Source of the DNA: Candidatus Latescibacterota bacterium
GTDB lineage: Bacteria > Latescibacterota > UBA2968 > UBA8231
Reading direction: 5' to 3'
Length of the DNA stretch: 64,000 nt
NCBI GenBank assembly: GCA_965261395.1
Contig: OZ253462.1
Span: 2,112,001-2,176,000, forward strand
Below, in pieces: positions 47,932-58,908 of this stretch. The notes under the pieces are model-generated. The model had not been told where the DNA came from and did not search any database. It was given only the letters and a program-made list of their open reading frames with translations. Each line of letters opens with the position of its first letter. Position 1 is the stretch's first letter. The position numbers and the translations under genes were made by a program.

Positions 47932-49293
47932 ATGATCGACGCAAAGGCCGTGCGCACCAATCCCGACGCCATGCGCGAGGCGATACGGGTGCGGAAGGTT
48001 GACCCGGCCAAAGCCAATGTGGATCGCTGGTTGGCCCTCGACGCGGCGCGGCAAAAGCTGCAACGAGACATCGACGCGCTCAACAGCGAAAAAAAGCAAC
48101 TAGCGCGGCTCGGCCGCACTGACCCGGATGCAGCGCGGCAAAAGGGGCGGGAATTGCGCGAGCGCGGGCGGGTGCTGGAGCACGAGTTGGGAACCGTCGT
48201 CGCCGAGTGGCAGGGAATCATGGATTGGTTCCCCAACTGGCCGCATCCCGACATGCCCGCCGGAGCGGGTGAGGAAGACAACGTCGAGGAGAATGCCTGG
48301 ATTCCTGGGCAGGGCTACTTAGCCGCCGACAAGCTAGGCCGTGGGAACACCAGCGCCCAGTACATGCCCACGCGGCCCCTGCACACCCAAGACGACTCCT
48401 TTGAGCCGCTGCACCACGCAGAACTCGGCGTCAAATTAGGTGGCATCGACACCTTGCAGGGCGGCCAAGTCTCCGGCTCGCGCTTTGCCTATTTGCGCGG
48501 CGATGTCGCGCGGATGCAATACGCCCTCAGCCAACTCCTCATCGACGAGCTTTTAGCGCGCGGGTACGAGATGTTCGTGCCGCCGCTCCTAGTGCGGGAG
48601 CGTTCGCTGTACGGCACCTCGCACTTTCCCGAAGGGCGCGACCAAGTCTATGCCATCAAGACCGATAATGTAGAAGAAGGGGCTGAGCTTTTCCTCGTCG
48701 GGTCGTCCGAGCCGGCCAATTTCAGCTACTTCATGGAGCAGACCTTGGACGCAGCCGAGCTGCCCGTCAAGCTCTTCGCCTATACAGCCTGTTTTCGCTC
48801 GGAAGCCGGGTCTTGGGGCCAAGACGTGAAGGGCATCAAGCGCATGCATCAATTCGACAAAATCGAAATGAACGCCGTGTGCCTGCCCGATCAGTCCGCG
48901 GCCCTGTACGAGGAATTCGGCCAGATCAACGAATGGCTCCTACAAACGCTGGCCTTGCCCTACCGGGTCGTCGATAAGTGCCACGGCGACGCGGGCTATC
49001 TGGCCAGCCATCGGCAGCGGGACATGGAAGTGTGGATGTCCGGGGCGGGCGAGTTCATGGAGGTAATGACCGACACCAATGCCACCGACTATCAGGCCCG
49101 GCGCTTGAACATCCGCTACAAGGGCGCGAGTGGGCGGGGTTTTTGCCACTTAGTCAACGACACGGGGTGCGCGATGGGCCGACTGCTGATCGCCATTTTG
49201 GACAACTATCAGCAACCCGACGGCTCAGTGCAGGTCCCCGAAGCCTTGCAACGGGTCATAAAGAAAAGCGTCCTGCGACCGAAAGGCGCGTGA
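47932..49293 (+). CDS. serS: Serine--tRNA ligase, divergent
   Basis: N-terminal coiled coil, SGSRFAYL, CFRSEAG...RMHQFDKIE, TDYQARRLNIRY, NYQQPDGSV.VPE.L. Confidence 0.92.
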   Translation: MIDAKAVRTNPDAMREAIRVRKVDPAKANVDRWLALDAARQKLQRDIDALNSEKKQLARLGRTDPDAARQKGRELRERGRVLEHELGTVVAEWQGIMDWFPNWPHPDMPAGAGEEDNVEENAWIPGQGYLAADKLGRGNTSAQYMPTRPLHTQDDSFEPLHHAELGVKLGGIDTLQGGQVSGSRFAYLRGDVARMQYALSQLLIDELLARGYEMFVPPLLVRERSLYGTSHFPEGRDQVYAIKTDNVEEGAELFLVGSSEPANFSYFMEQTLDAAELPVKLFAYTACFRSEAGSWGQDVKGIKRMHQFDKIEMNAVCLPDQSAALYEEFGQINEWLLQTLALPYRVVDKCHGDAGYLASHRQRDMEVWMSGAGEFMEVMTDTNATDYQARRLNIRYKGASGRGFCHLVNDTGCAMGRLLIAILDNYQQPDGSVQVPEALQRVIKKSVLRPKGA

Positions 49294-50177
49294 TGGGCGA
49301 GCGACTCGATGGTCGGGTGATTGCGGCCCAAGTGCAAGAAGAACTGCGGACGGACATCGCGCGCCTGCAGCAGGAGCACGGTCTGGTGCCGGGCTTGGCG
49401 GTCGTGCTGGTGGGAGACAACCCGGCCTCGCTGTCCTACGTGCGCGCCAAGGGCCGAGCCTGCGAAACTCTCGGCATTCACTCCGTGCAAGTAGATCTGC
49501 CGGCCAACGCCACCACCGAGGACGTGCTAGCCACCGTCGAGCGGCTCAATGCCGACGACGCGATCCACGGCATCTTGGTGCAGCTACCGCTGCCGGGCCA
49601 AGACGAGCAGCAAGTCCTCAACGCCATTGACCCAGACAAGGATGTCGATGGCTTGCACCCGGTCAATTTGGGTCGCCTCGTGCGGCAGGAGGAGTGCTTT
49701 TGGCCCTGTACGCCGCACGGGGTCTTGCAGATCCTCAGCCGTAGCGGGGTCGAGGTGGCTGGCCAGCACGTGGTCGTGGTCGGCCGGAGCACCCTCGTGG
49801 GACGGCCCGTGGCCATCTTGCTGGGGCACAAGGCGGCCGGGGCCAATGCCACAGTGACCCTGTGCCACACCGGTACCCGCGACCTCGGGCACCTTACGCG
49901 CCAAGCGGACATTTTAGTGGTGGCGGCCGGGTTTCCCCGTGGGATCACGGCAGATATGGTCAAAGAGGGTGCGGTGGTAATCGACGTAGGCATCAACCAA
50001 GTGGACGACCCTTCGCGCGAACGCGGCTGGCGACTCGTCGGCGACGTGGACTACCAACAGGTGCGCCCGAAGGCCCGTGCGATCACGCCCGTGCCCAACG
50101 GGGTCGGGCCGATGACGATCGCACTGTTGCTCTATAACACCGTGTGGGCGGCCAAGCGGCAGGTGGGGCTGGAGTAG
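49293..50177 (+). CDS. folD: Methylenetetrahydrofolate dehydrogenase/cyclohydrolase
   Basis: GILVQLPLP, KDVDGLHP.N, PCTP.G, VGRS.LVGRP, ITPVP.GVGPMT. TGATG overlap with serS. Confidence 0.97.
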   Translation: MGERLDGRVIAAQVQEELRTDIARLQQEHGLVPGLAVVLVGDNPASLSYVRAKGRACETLGIHSVQVDLPANATTEDVLATVERLNADDAIHGILVQLPLPGQDEQQVLNAIDPDKDVDGLHPVNLGRLVRQEECFWPCTPHGVLQILSRSGVEVAGQHVVVVGRSTLVGRPVAILLGHKAAGANATVTLCHTGTRDLGHLTRQADILVVAAGFPRGITADMVKEGAVVIDVGINQVDDPSRERGWRLVGDVDYQQVRPKARAITPVPNGVGPMTIALLLYNTVWAAKRQVGLE

Positions 50178-50198
50178 AGTTGTAAAGGGGAACTTGAT

Positions 50199-52518
50199 AT
50201 GACGACAAAACAGGCCCTTAGCAGTCATCTCCGGGCGTATTACAATAGCCTGAAGACTACCTTTGCCACCAAGCAGGCGACCGAGCACAGCTACCGCTCG
50301 GCCTTTGAGAACCTGATTCAGGAGTTCGGCGGCAAACGAGTTCGTGCCCTCAATGAGCCTAAGCGCATCGCTTGTGGTGCGCCCGATTTCATTGTCGAGC
50401 GGGGAGGAGTGCCCATCGGCCATGTCGAATGCAAGGATATCGATATAGATCTGAACCGCGTCGAACGCGATGACCAACTCATGCGCTACCGCGACAGTTT
50501 GCCGAATCTGATTCTCACCGACTATCTCGAATTTCGTTGGTATGTAGAAGGGGAGTTACACCTGAAGGCACGTCTTGCACACACCGGCAGTCGAGATCGG
50601 ATCGCTATTGACCAAACCGGTGCTCCCCAAGTCGCCGAATTGTTTTCCGCGTTCTTTGCTGCTGACTCCCCATCTATTGGTCGACCGCGTGAACTGGCCG
50701 AGCGCATGGCGGCCAAGGCGCGGCTACTCCGTGACAGCATTGAGCACATTTTGGCTCAAGAAGATGAGGCCGGCCCCCTCCACAGCATGCTCACCGGCTA
50801 CCGCGAGGTACTTATCGCCGATCTGTCGATAGCCGACTTCGCCGATTTGCAGGCGCAGACGGCCGCCTACGGATTATTTGCGGCGCGGTGCCGGCACGAA
50901 CCCGCCAATGGGCCGTTTACCCGCCAGTCAGCCGCGTTTGCCGAGACCACGCCCTTTTTGCGAGATGTCTTCGGGCGGATTGCCGGCCCGGGAATGGACG
51001 AGCGGATCGCTTGGATTGTCGATGATCTGGCGTACTTGCTAGACCGGGCGGACATGGCGTCTATCCTGTCCGAGTTCGGCAAGAAGACCCGGCAAGAAGA
51101 CCCAGTGGTGCATTTCTACGAGGATTTCTTGGCGGCTTATGATCCGCGCCTGCGCAAAATGCGCGGCGTGTACTATACGCCCGAACCCGTGGTGTCCTAC
51201 ATCGTGCGGAGCGTGGACCACTTGTTGCGCACTCGGTTTGACTTAGCCGATGGGTTGGCCGATACGGCGACGGTCGCGTCCGTGGACGGGAAGTCATCCC
51301 ATCCACGGGTGATGATTCTCGATCCGGCGGCGGGGACGGGGACCTTCCTGCGCGAAGTGGTCGCCACCATCCGCGAGACCATCAAGGCTAAGGGGCTAGG
51401 AGGCGCTTGGCTCGGATACGTGCAGAACCACCTTTTGCCGCGCCTGTTCGGCTTTGAATTGCTGATGGCTCCTTACTCAATCTGCCATCTGAAACTCGCG
51501 CTTGAAATTGGCGGCATAGGCCATGGCTTTGCCATGCCCGCTGGCAAGCGGCTCAATGTCTTCCTTACCAACGCCTTAGAAAAAGCGCACGAAGGACCTA
51601 CTCTTCCGCTGTTCGTCCACGAAATAGCCCGCGAAGCAATCGGCGCAGATGAGATCAAGCACGAGAAGCCAGTGATGGTCGTAGTGGGAAATCCACCTTA
51701 TTCTGGGCACTCAGCTAACAAGGGAGCGTGGATTAAGAGCTTGCTGCGCGGATGGGATGGCACACAAAAGACCGGCAGCTATTTCGAGGTCGATGGCCAG
51801 CCGCTGGGCGAACGCAATTCCAAATGGCTCAACGACGACTACGTCAAGTTCATCCGCTTTGCCCAATGGCGCATTGATCGCACCGGCGAGGGTGTCCTCG
51901 GCTTTATCACCAATCACAGCTACTTGGACAACCCGACCTTTCGCGGGATGCGCGAAAGCCTGATGGCGACCTTTGACGAGCTGTACCTGCTCGACTTGCA
52001 TGGCAACGCCAAGAAGAAGGAGCGCACCCCGGAAGGCTGCAAAGACGAAAACGTGTTCGACATTCAGCAGGGCGTCGCCATTGGTCTATTTGTCAAACAC
52101 AAAGATTCGGGTAGCGATCCGTGTCGAGTATTTCATGCCGACTTGTGGGGCGAACGCGAGAGCGGGCCTGCCGACGGTAAATATGGCTGGCTCGCCGCCA
52201 AAGATGTCGATACCACCCAATGGACGGAACTGTCGCCAAAATCGCCAGACTATCTATTTGTGCCACGAGACGAGGAGCAGTTAAAAGAATACAAAACAGG
52301 CTGGAAAGTCACAGACATTTTCCCTATCAATTCGACGGGCATTGTAAGCAAAAGAGATAAAATTGCTTTTCACTTTGAACAAGAAAACTTGTACAGAGTG
52401 TTAAATGATTTCCACACTCTCGACGAGCATACCCTTAAAGAAAAATATAACTTCAGAGAGAGCAGAGATGGTAAGGTAAACTTTGTTAAAAAACATATCC
52501 AAAGTTATGGAATCAAAG
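50199..52518 (+). pseudogene. Type IIG/ISP-like restriction-modification enzyme (N6-adenine MTase), 3'-truncated by an IS
   Basis: PDF...HVECK nuclease motif, GVYYTP, DPAAGTG, NPPY. The AT-rich specificity region is cut at 52518. Confidence 0.9.
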
Positions 52519-53703
52519 GGCTTTGTTGCATGAAAACCGGTCGGGGCCGTGTTGGCTTCTTTCGCGTGTGATTTACGCTTTTTTGGTTAGCGGATAGGAC
52601 TCAGGTTTCGCCAACGCCCGCATCCGGTTGAGCAAGGCACAGCCCAACCGCGCTTCGGTCTGTTGGTTGGTTAGGGTTCGGGTGCGCAAGGTGTCACCAA
52701 GTATCTGTTTGTAGCGGCCTATCTGCGTTTCGGCTACCGAGCGTCGATGATAGCCGCTCTCGTGTTTCCAACCTCGACGGCCCCGTTTGCGGATGGCTCG
52801 AATCGTCTCATCGCGGGGCAACGGCTCGGCGTTGGTGTTGCCATGTTGCTCGATTTTGGCGTCCTTGCGCGGCGGAATGATCGGATGAATAGGTGCCCCC
52901 TGCTCGGGCGCGGCCAACGCCTTGAACACCTTGCGTTTGTCATAGGCCCCATCGCCGCCCAACGCCTCCACGGGGGCCTCGATCTGTGCCAGCAACGGCT
53001 CCACCTGCCCCGCATCATCGTGGCTATTCGTCGTCAAGGTCTGCGCGACGATCTCGCCGGTGGCTTCATTAACCCCGAGGTGCAATTTGCGCCACGTGCG
53101 CCGCTTGCTCCAGCCGTGCTGACGCACCTTCCATTCGCCTTCGCCATACACTTTCAGCCCGGTCGAATCCACCACCAAGTGCATCGGTTGGTCTCCCCGC
53201 TGGGGCGGCCACGCCACGGCTAAACCCGCCTGACGGCGCGACAGGGTCGTGTGATCGGGCACCCGCAGATCCAAGCCCATCAGGGCCAACACCGAAGCGA
53301 CAAACCCCTCGGTTTGGCGTAGGGGCAAGTGATACAAAAGACGCAGCGTCAACGCCGTTTGGATGGCGACCTCCGAAAAGGTATATTGCGCCCCCCGCTG
53401 AGGCGGCCCTTGATAATACCAAGCTTCGACGGCCTGGGGCGTGAACCACACCGTCAGACTACCGCGCTGTTGCAGCCCGGCCTCATAGTCGGCCCAATTA
53501 CGTACCCGGTACACGACGTTGGAGCGACGGCGAGGCGAGCGACCAGGCTTGACGGAAGAGGGGCAAGACGATAGGTTGGCCATGACAGGTTCCTTGGACG
53601 AGAAAGCATGGGTTTTTTGGCGAAAGTCGTGCTCAATCTACTGAGGAGCCTGTTTTTATTCAACCGATCAACCGAAAAAAACACCAATTCATGCACCAAA
53701 GCC
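52519..53703 (-). mobile_element. IS5 family (IS903 group) element, isoform B copy 1; no target duplication
   Basis: TIRs GGCTTTGTTGCATGAA / TTCATGCACCAAAGCC; flanks GAATCAAAG vs CCTGGGGGA differ. Confidence 0.95.
52573..53583 (-). CDS. IS903-like transposase
   Basis: DSTGLK, DGAYD, GYHRRS; protein identical to 58963-59973. Confidence 0.95.
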   Translation of the reverse strand: MANLSSCPSSVKPGRSPRRRSNVVYRVRNWADYEAGLQQRGSLTVWFTPQAVEAWYYQGPPQRGAQYTFSEVAIQTALTLRLLYHLPLRQTEGFVASVLALMGLDLRVPDHTTLSRRQAGLAVAWPPQRGDQPMHLVVDSTGLKVYGEGEWKVRQHGWSKRRTWRKLHLGVNEATGEIVAQTLTTNSHDDAGQVEPLLAQIEAPVEALGGDGAYDKRKVFKALAAPEQGAPIHPIIPPRKDAKIEQHGNTNAEPLPRDETIRAIRKRGRRGWKHESGYHRRSVAETQIGRYKQILGDTLRTRTLTNQQTEARLGCALLNRMRALAKPESYPLTKKA

Positions 53704-54749
53704 CCTGGGGACTGAAGTTTTCCTTCAGCATCTTCCCATTCCCGATCCAGGAACTCGAAAAGATTCGACGCATACAATAGGCGCTCAAAACCCTGGGCAC
53801 CGCTGCGAAAAGCACTGCCGAAACGGGAGCGTCCTTGCTCCGCAGCTTGAAAGGCCAAGCTAACGTCGCCGATGGTGATCATGCCCATGAGACCACGGAA
53901 GATTGCGTAACACCAAATTGCCAGAGTGCCGGCAACAGACAAGAAACCATAAAGCAAATCGGCCCGCGCTAGACGGAGCCGATGGTTGCGGTCATCAGCA
54001 TGTCGTACTTTCCACAATCGGTGATACTGATCTAACAGGTATTTTATTAGCCCAAAGAGCCTTAGTTCACGGAGCCCTGGCGCGTTCGATAAGAGGTCGC
54101 CAAGGTACTGGATCCGACGACGTAGTTCAGATCGTTCGCGAAATATGTTGTAGTGCCGGGCGGCAAAGCGAGCCCGTGCAATTGCTCCAGGAGCAGCAGT
54201 GAGGATGATCACCACGACCGCCCCAGGATGTATATGTGCGAGCAGTCCGATTATTGCAACCAAGGACAGCACATCAGAAATCCAACCGAACACAAAAAAC
54301 GCTGTGTCGTGCGCCCGCCCAGCTTCCTCCTGTGCATTGTTGAATGAGTCGTGAACAGCAGGAGTTTCAAGGAGCGACGGGTCTAACGCCGCCATCTTGG
54401 CAAACACCTGCATTCGTGCCCGGTGGCTACTCTGCTGGCCAAGAAGCATCCGGACATGCACGGCAAGAGATTGAGTAATTACGCCGAGTACCCAAACACC
54501 AAAGATGCCGGCGACTGGGGGAACAAAGTTGGTTAGCGAATAGCTGCCTTCTATAGCTGAAGATACATTTTCGGCGATCTGATCGATTATGACCTTAGTA
54601 AGCCAAATCTGGGAAGGAACGACTGCGGCATTACCGATCGCCAGCAGCACGGCAACAGAGGTGAGGAACGGACTGGTTCGCCAAATAAACGCCAGCAAAC
54701 GCGGCAGGAGACTTACAAGGGTAGATAGCCGACTTATCCGCTCACTCAC
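53704..54749 (-). pseudogene. ABC exporter, membrane domain only (ATPase domain lost at the IS)
   Basis: Multi-TM, LRELRLFGL, ITIGD. Ends at the linker before any Walker A. Confidence 0.8.
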
Positions 54750-54762
54750 TCCTAATGACCCC

Positions 54763-56724
54763 TCAGTAAAGGTAGCAGTCCGCGACGCATTGGACGATCT
54801 CCGCCACGGTCGTCTCCGTGCCCTTAATGGCATCGTGTACCCGGTAGTGCCACGGCTCACTCCCCAAGCCGGCGCGCCAATCCCGAATGGCCTGGACATT
54901 GTCTTGACCCGCCTTTTGCAACTGATCCAGACTGCCGCGCACCAGCGCTTGATTCTCCATATCCCCTAAGTCGAGCGTGGCCACTTGTTCGGCCACCCAA
55001 TAGACGCCGCGCGCCAATCCCACATAGGACCGCACCACCCGCGTCTCGTGGGCCAGCTCCGCTTCCTCAAGACCCTCGACAAGTTCCAAGGCCCGGTCGC
55101 AGATCGCGACTTTAGCGTCGAAGTCCTCGGCCGTGAGATAATAGCGGAACATCCCCTCGCCCAAATAGGGCCGCTGCCGCTGCCGCACCATCTCCGCGGC
55201 CTTACCCCAAGAATAGCATGTCGGGAAATCGGAATCGTACACGTCGAATTCCACCGGCCCCATCAAGGTGGCCCACTCGGCCACAGCCTCTGGATCGGCA
55301 TAACCTTCCCGCCGTGCCCATGCCAAAGCGAATTCCGCCTCGTCGCGGCCTTGCATATTCCAAGCCCACTCGGCCAAGGCGTGGATATTGAAGCTGCAAA
55401 TCTGACGCTCTGGACCGCCCCAAGCCATCATGGCGTACGCTCCGCTATAGCCCCGCCGCACCAGTTGGCTGATATAATCCCGCATGCGGTGAGCCGAGCG
55501 CTGCGGCACCTTGAACTCGGGCGTGTCCACCTTGCCGTTGGCTGCAATGGGCACGTCGTAACTGGCGATCCAGCGCCCCTCGGCGGCGTAGTGGTCCAGC
55601 ATAGGATTGGCCATTAAATCGCGCGGTCGATGCAGCACCCTCTCCAGTTCCGTGGCGCAGGCCCGCTCGATCTTCACCTCCGGAGGCAACTCGTCCAGCA
55701 CCCGATAGTTGCGCACGGTGGTGGTGGTCGATAAAAAGATGCGAATCTGCAAATTGGGATAGCGCGTTTGGGCCTGCCGCCAAGCCGCGACAAAGGCCCG
55801 CGCCTCCAGCACAAACTGCCCCACCGCAGTGCATTCAAGACAGCCGCACTGCCCCGGCCGCTCGCTCAACCAACAGCTTATCTCCTCGGCCCCCTGCCCG
55901 GCGATATCCTCCATCCACTCTTGTAGAATTTGCACCAGTAGCGGTTGCGAGGCGCAAGGCACCCGGTGCTGGTTGCCCGCCTTGTGGGCGAAATAGCGCC
56001 CGGTCAAAGCCCCGTCTCCCTTGCCAGCTAGTTCGGGATAGGTCCTGAAAAGGCCGCAGTCGTGCAGGAAGTTGAGATGTAGGATATAGGGCAGATAATT
56101 GAACGCCCGCTGCTGCGCCGCTGCGAACTGTTCTCGGTCGATAGTGGCCCGATTGCGCCGACCGCGTTCAATGGGGTGCAATTGCGTCGAGGCCATTTTG
56201 CCGTAGTTCAGTTTGAGCGTGGCCAGCCACGGGATCCAAGTCTCAGGCTCGGGAAAATTCCACAAGCCCCGCTCGTCCATATCGGGCCAGTCGATCACCT
56301 GTGCCAAGGGGATGTGCACCTGCTCCCGGCCCATTTCGGGTTCGAGCAATTGGATCAGGGTCTGGCAAGCGTAGTACACGCCGCGCTCGTCTAAACCCGT
56401 CAGCACCAGCCCGTCTCGTCCCCGTGGCTCAATGAGGTACGCTTGGGCCTTGTTCTTCAAGCTCTGGAGCCGTTCAATCGCCGTGCTTTTTGCCGGAGCC
56501 ACGCCAATGTCGATGGTAAAGGCCCCACCATCCGGCTGTGCTTTTCCCTTTTCAATGAACAGTGCTTCCAGCTCGGCGGCACCCTGCCGCTCGATTGGCC
56601 CGGCTTGCTCCCGCAGCGCAATGCCCACTTCGCCCGGCTTACAGCGGACGCTGTCGGCAATGTGGATCTCGTGGGGCAAGGGTACCAGATAGGACGTCCA
56701 TTGCGTCGAATTAGCTGTAGTCAT
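54763..56724 (-). CDS. Hypothetical protein with GH20-like N-terminal domain
   Basis: LVPLPHEI, QAYLIE, GVYYACQTLIQLL...VIDWPDMDERG. Start at MTTANS after GGAGG. Confidence 0.7.
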   Translation of the reverse strand: MTTANSTQWTSYLVPLPHEIHIADSVRCKPGEVGIALREQAGPIERQGAAELEALFIEKGKAQPDGGAFTIDIGVAPAKSTAIERLQSLKNKAQAYLIEPRGRDGLVLTGLDERGVYYACQTLIQLLEPEMGREQVHIPLAQVIDWPDMDERGLWNFPEPETWIPWLATLKLNYGKMASTQLHPIERGRRNRATIDREQFAAAQQRAFNYLPYILHLNFLHDCGLFRTYPELAGKGDGALTGRYFAHKAGNQHRVPCASQPLLVQILQEWMEDIAGQGAEEISCWLSERPGQCGCLECTAVGQFVLEARAFVAAWRQAQTRYPNLQIRIFLSTTTTVRNYRVLDELPPEVKIERACATELERVLHRPRDLMANPMLDHYAAEGRWIASYDVPIAANGKVDTPEFKVPQRSAHRMRDYISQLVRRGYSGAYAMMAWGGPERQICSFNIHALAEWAWNMQGRDEAEFALAWARREGYADPEAVAEWATLMGPVEFDVYDSDFPTCYSWGKAAEMVRQRQRPYLGEGMFRYYLTAEDFDAKVAICDRALELVEGLEEAELAHETRVVRSYVGLARGVYWVAEQVATLDLGDMENQALVRGSLDQLQKAGQDNVQAIRDWRAGLGSEPWHYRVHDAIKGTETTVAEIVQCVADCYLY

Positions 56725-56737
56725 GAGAGATCCTCCG

Positions 56738-57562
56738 CTAGCGCGGCCTTTTAGGCGGCGTGGCCGACACGCCTTCCATGCCGCCGCTGACGCGGAGCAC
56801 TTCGCCGGTGATCCAAGACGCCGCCGGGCTGCATAAGAAGGCCACGCCTTGGGCAATATCCTCCGGCTCGCCCCAGCGTCCCAAGGGAATGGCCGCGCGA
56901 ATGCGCTCGATCATTTCTTCTTCTGATACCCCTAAGGTGACGCGGCGCTGAGCCATGTTGCGCTGGTTGAATTCCGTGTACACCGGCCCCGGACACACGG
57001 CGTTGACCCGCACGCCGTACGCGGCCAATTCCAAGGCCAAGGTCCGGGTGAGGCTAATGATTCCGGTTTTGGCGACGTTATAAGCGGCCACCAGCGCGGC
57101 CGGATTCTGGCCGTTGATCGAGGAGATATTGACGATGCAACCGGCCTCTTGTTCTTCCATGATGCGTCCGGCGGCGCGGCAACAGTAAAAGGCTCCGGTC
57201 AGGGTCACGTCCAACACCCGATGCCATTCGGCGTCCTCCAGCTCGACTATCGGAGCCACCTGCTGACCGGTGCCAGCGTTGTTGACTAGGATATCCACTC
57301 GCTCCTCTTCGGCGACGAGCTCGGCGAAAAAGGAAGTCACCGCAGCGCTGTCGGTTATATCGAGCGCCACAGCCCGCACGGTTAGGCCCTCTCCTTGGAG
57401 CTTCGCGGCCTCCTCACGCGCCTTATCCTCCTGCCGATCGGCGATGACCACATTGGCCCCGTCGCTGGCTAACTGCCGGGTGATCCCCAGCCCTAGACCT
57501 TGGGCACCGCCTGTGACGACGGCGATTTGTCCGTCCAGCGGACGGCTTTCAAGCTGATTCAT
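56738..57562 (-). CDS. SDR family oxidoreductase
   Basis: TGGAQGLG, NNAG, YNVAK, VNAVCPG. Confidence 0.95.
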   Translation of the reverse strand: MNQLESRPLDGQIAVVTGGAQGLGLGITRQLASDGANVVIADRQEDKAREEAAKLQGEGLTVRAVALDITDSAAVTSFFAELVAEEERVDILVNNAGTGQQVAPIVELEDAEWHRVLDVTLTGAFYCCRAAGRIMEEQEAGCIVNISSINGQNPAALVAAYNVAKTGIISLTRTLALELAAYGVRVNAVCPGPVYTEFNQRNMAQRRVTLGVSEEEMIERIRAAIPLGRWGEPEDIAQGVAFLCSPAASWITGEVLRVSGGMEGVSATPPKRPR

Positions 57563-57596
57563 TAGACAACCTCATGTCTGTTTGGGATGACTGTAG

Positions 57597-58685
57597 CTAT
57601 AATCCATAATTTTTCGCCGTCGCGCCGCATATCTGCATGATGGCGTCGCGCTCGGCGGTGCTGAATGCCGCTTCGTATTGGGGCTGATACGCAACTTGCT
57701 CGGCCCAGCCCTGCACCCATGCCTCGTCAGCGTCCAAGTTGCAAAACGCCACAATGTCCGTAATTTTTTGCTCGGCTGCCGCGCACAACTGCTCAAACGG
57801 CACCACCAAACAGCGCGTCTTAAGCGCCTCGTGCTGTAGCACCTCCTCGTAGGTCCAAGCGTAGATCGCATTCCAGTATTCAGCCCAGCCTTCGGCATCG
57901 CGCCCTTCGCCCCACAGCGTCTGGATGTGCTGCGTCTTCTCCGCGTCGATGGTGATGGGGATGCGCTCGTGACCAAACTCGAAGTGGCCGGCGTTGCGCA
58001 GGTAATTGCGGTGAAGCGGGGATGAGAAATGGGCCAAGTTGCGCTGGTGCTGGCGCGCCATGGACGCGATGTGCGCGACCGGATGGCGCACCGCGATGAC
58101 GAAGCGCGCGTCCTCGTACAGCTTGGCCAGATAGGCTATCCGCGTGATATTGTAGTTGTTTTTGCAGACGATGCGCTCGGCGTCGCGGCACAGCAGCAGC
58201 TTCGCCAAGGTCGCCGCGTAAACAGCTTCAAACTCTGGGTGGCTGGTTTGCCGTCCGACCGCGTTGTTCACAGCGGGGTCGTGCAGGTAAGCGAAAAACT
58301 GCATCCACAGGATTTCTTCCATGGCTTCTGGACTATATGCGTTGACCATCATGCCGTCGGCATGTGCTCGCTCCTGTTTGCGCGCCGCGCCCAATCCGAC
58401 GACGCGGAAGATATGGTCGGCCCAAAATGGCGTGAATGCGCCGTAGTAATCGCAGTATTTGAACGAGGTGAGGCGCGGGTGAGACGCCAGTATGTTCAGC
58501 AGCAGGGTCGTGCCAGCGCGCGCCAAACCCGTGATGTAAATGGGCGCATCCACCGCCCGCCGCGCCAACCGGCCCTTGAGCAACTGCGTCTCCAGCTTGC
58601 CCACGTCAATCCAAAAGTTCGGATGCGCATGCACCAGCCAGCCGAAAAAACGCATCAGCCGCGTGTGATTAAAGTCCGTTTCCAT
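57597..58685 (-). CDS. PAPS-dependent sulfotransferase
   Basis: GLARAGTTLL 5'-PSB motif, RHPVAHIAS 3'-PB motif. Confidence 0.88.
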   Translation of the reverse strand: METDFNHTRLMRFFGWLVHAHPNFWIDVGKLETQLLKGRLARRAVDAPIYITGLARAGTTLLLNILASHPRLTSFKYCDYYGAFTPFWADHIFRVVGLGAARKQERAHADGMMVNAYSPEAMEEILWMQFFAYLHDPAVNNAVGRQTSHPEFEAVYAATLAKLLLCRDAERIVCKNNYNITRIAYLAKLYEDARFVIAVRHPVAHIASMARQHQRNLAHFSSPLHRNYLRNAGHFEFGHERIPITIDAEKTQHIQTLWGEGRDAEGWAEYWNAIYAWTYEEVLQHEALKTRCLVVPFEQLCAAAEQKITDIVAFCNLDADEAWVQGWAEQVAYQPQYEAAFSTAERDAIMQICGATAKNYGL

Positions 58686-58908
58686 AGCTTATTCGTTTTT
58701 ACGTAAGGACGCTAAATATGAACACAAACGCACTTAGACAAGCCCAGGACCGCATCGCAGAGGCGATTAAGGCCCTTAAGAAGACGCGAAACGAGCATGA
58801 GGAGTACTTGAAGCCGATTGAGACTCGTACGCGCCAATTGCTGATTGACCCGATGCTTGAGGCATTGGGTTGGGACGTTCGGAATCCCGCTCAAGTTCAC
58901 CTTGAATA

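Noticed and set aside
48978-49292. N-terminal extension of FolD
   Set aside because: It overlaps serS; the real start is the coupled ATG at 49293.
53454-53703. C-terminal part of the 481-aa ABC ORF
   Set aside because: Readthrough into IS sequence.
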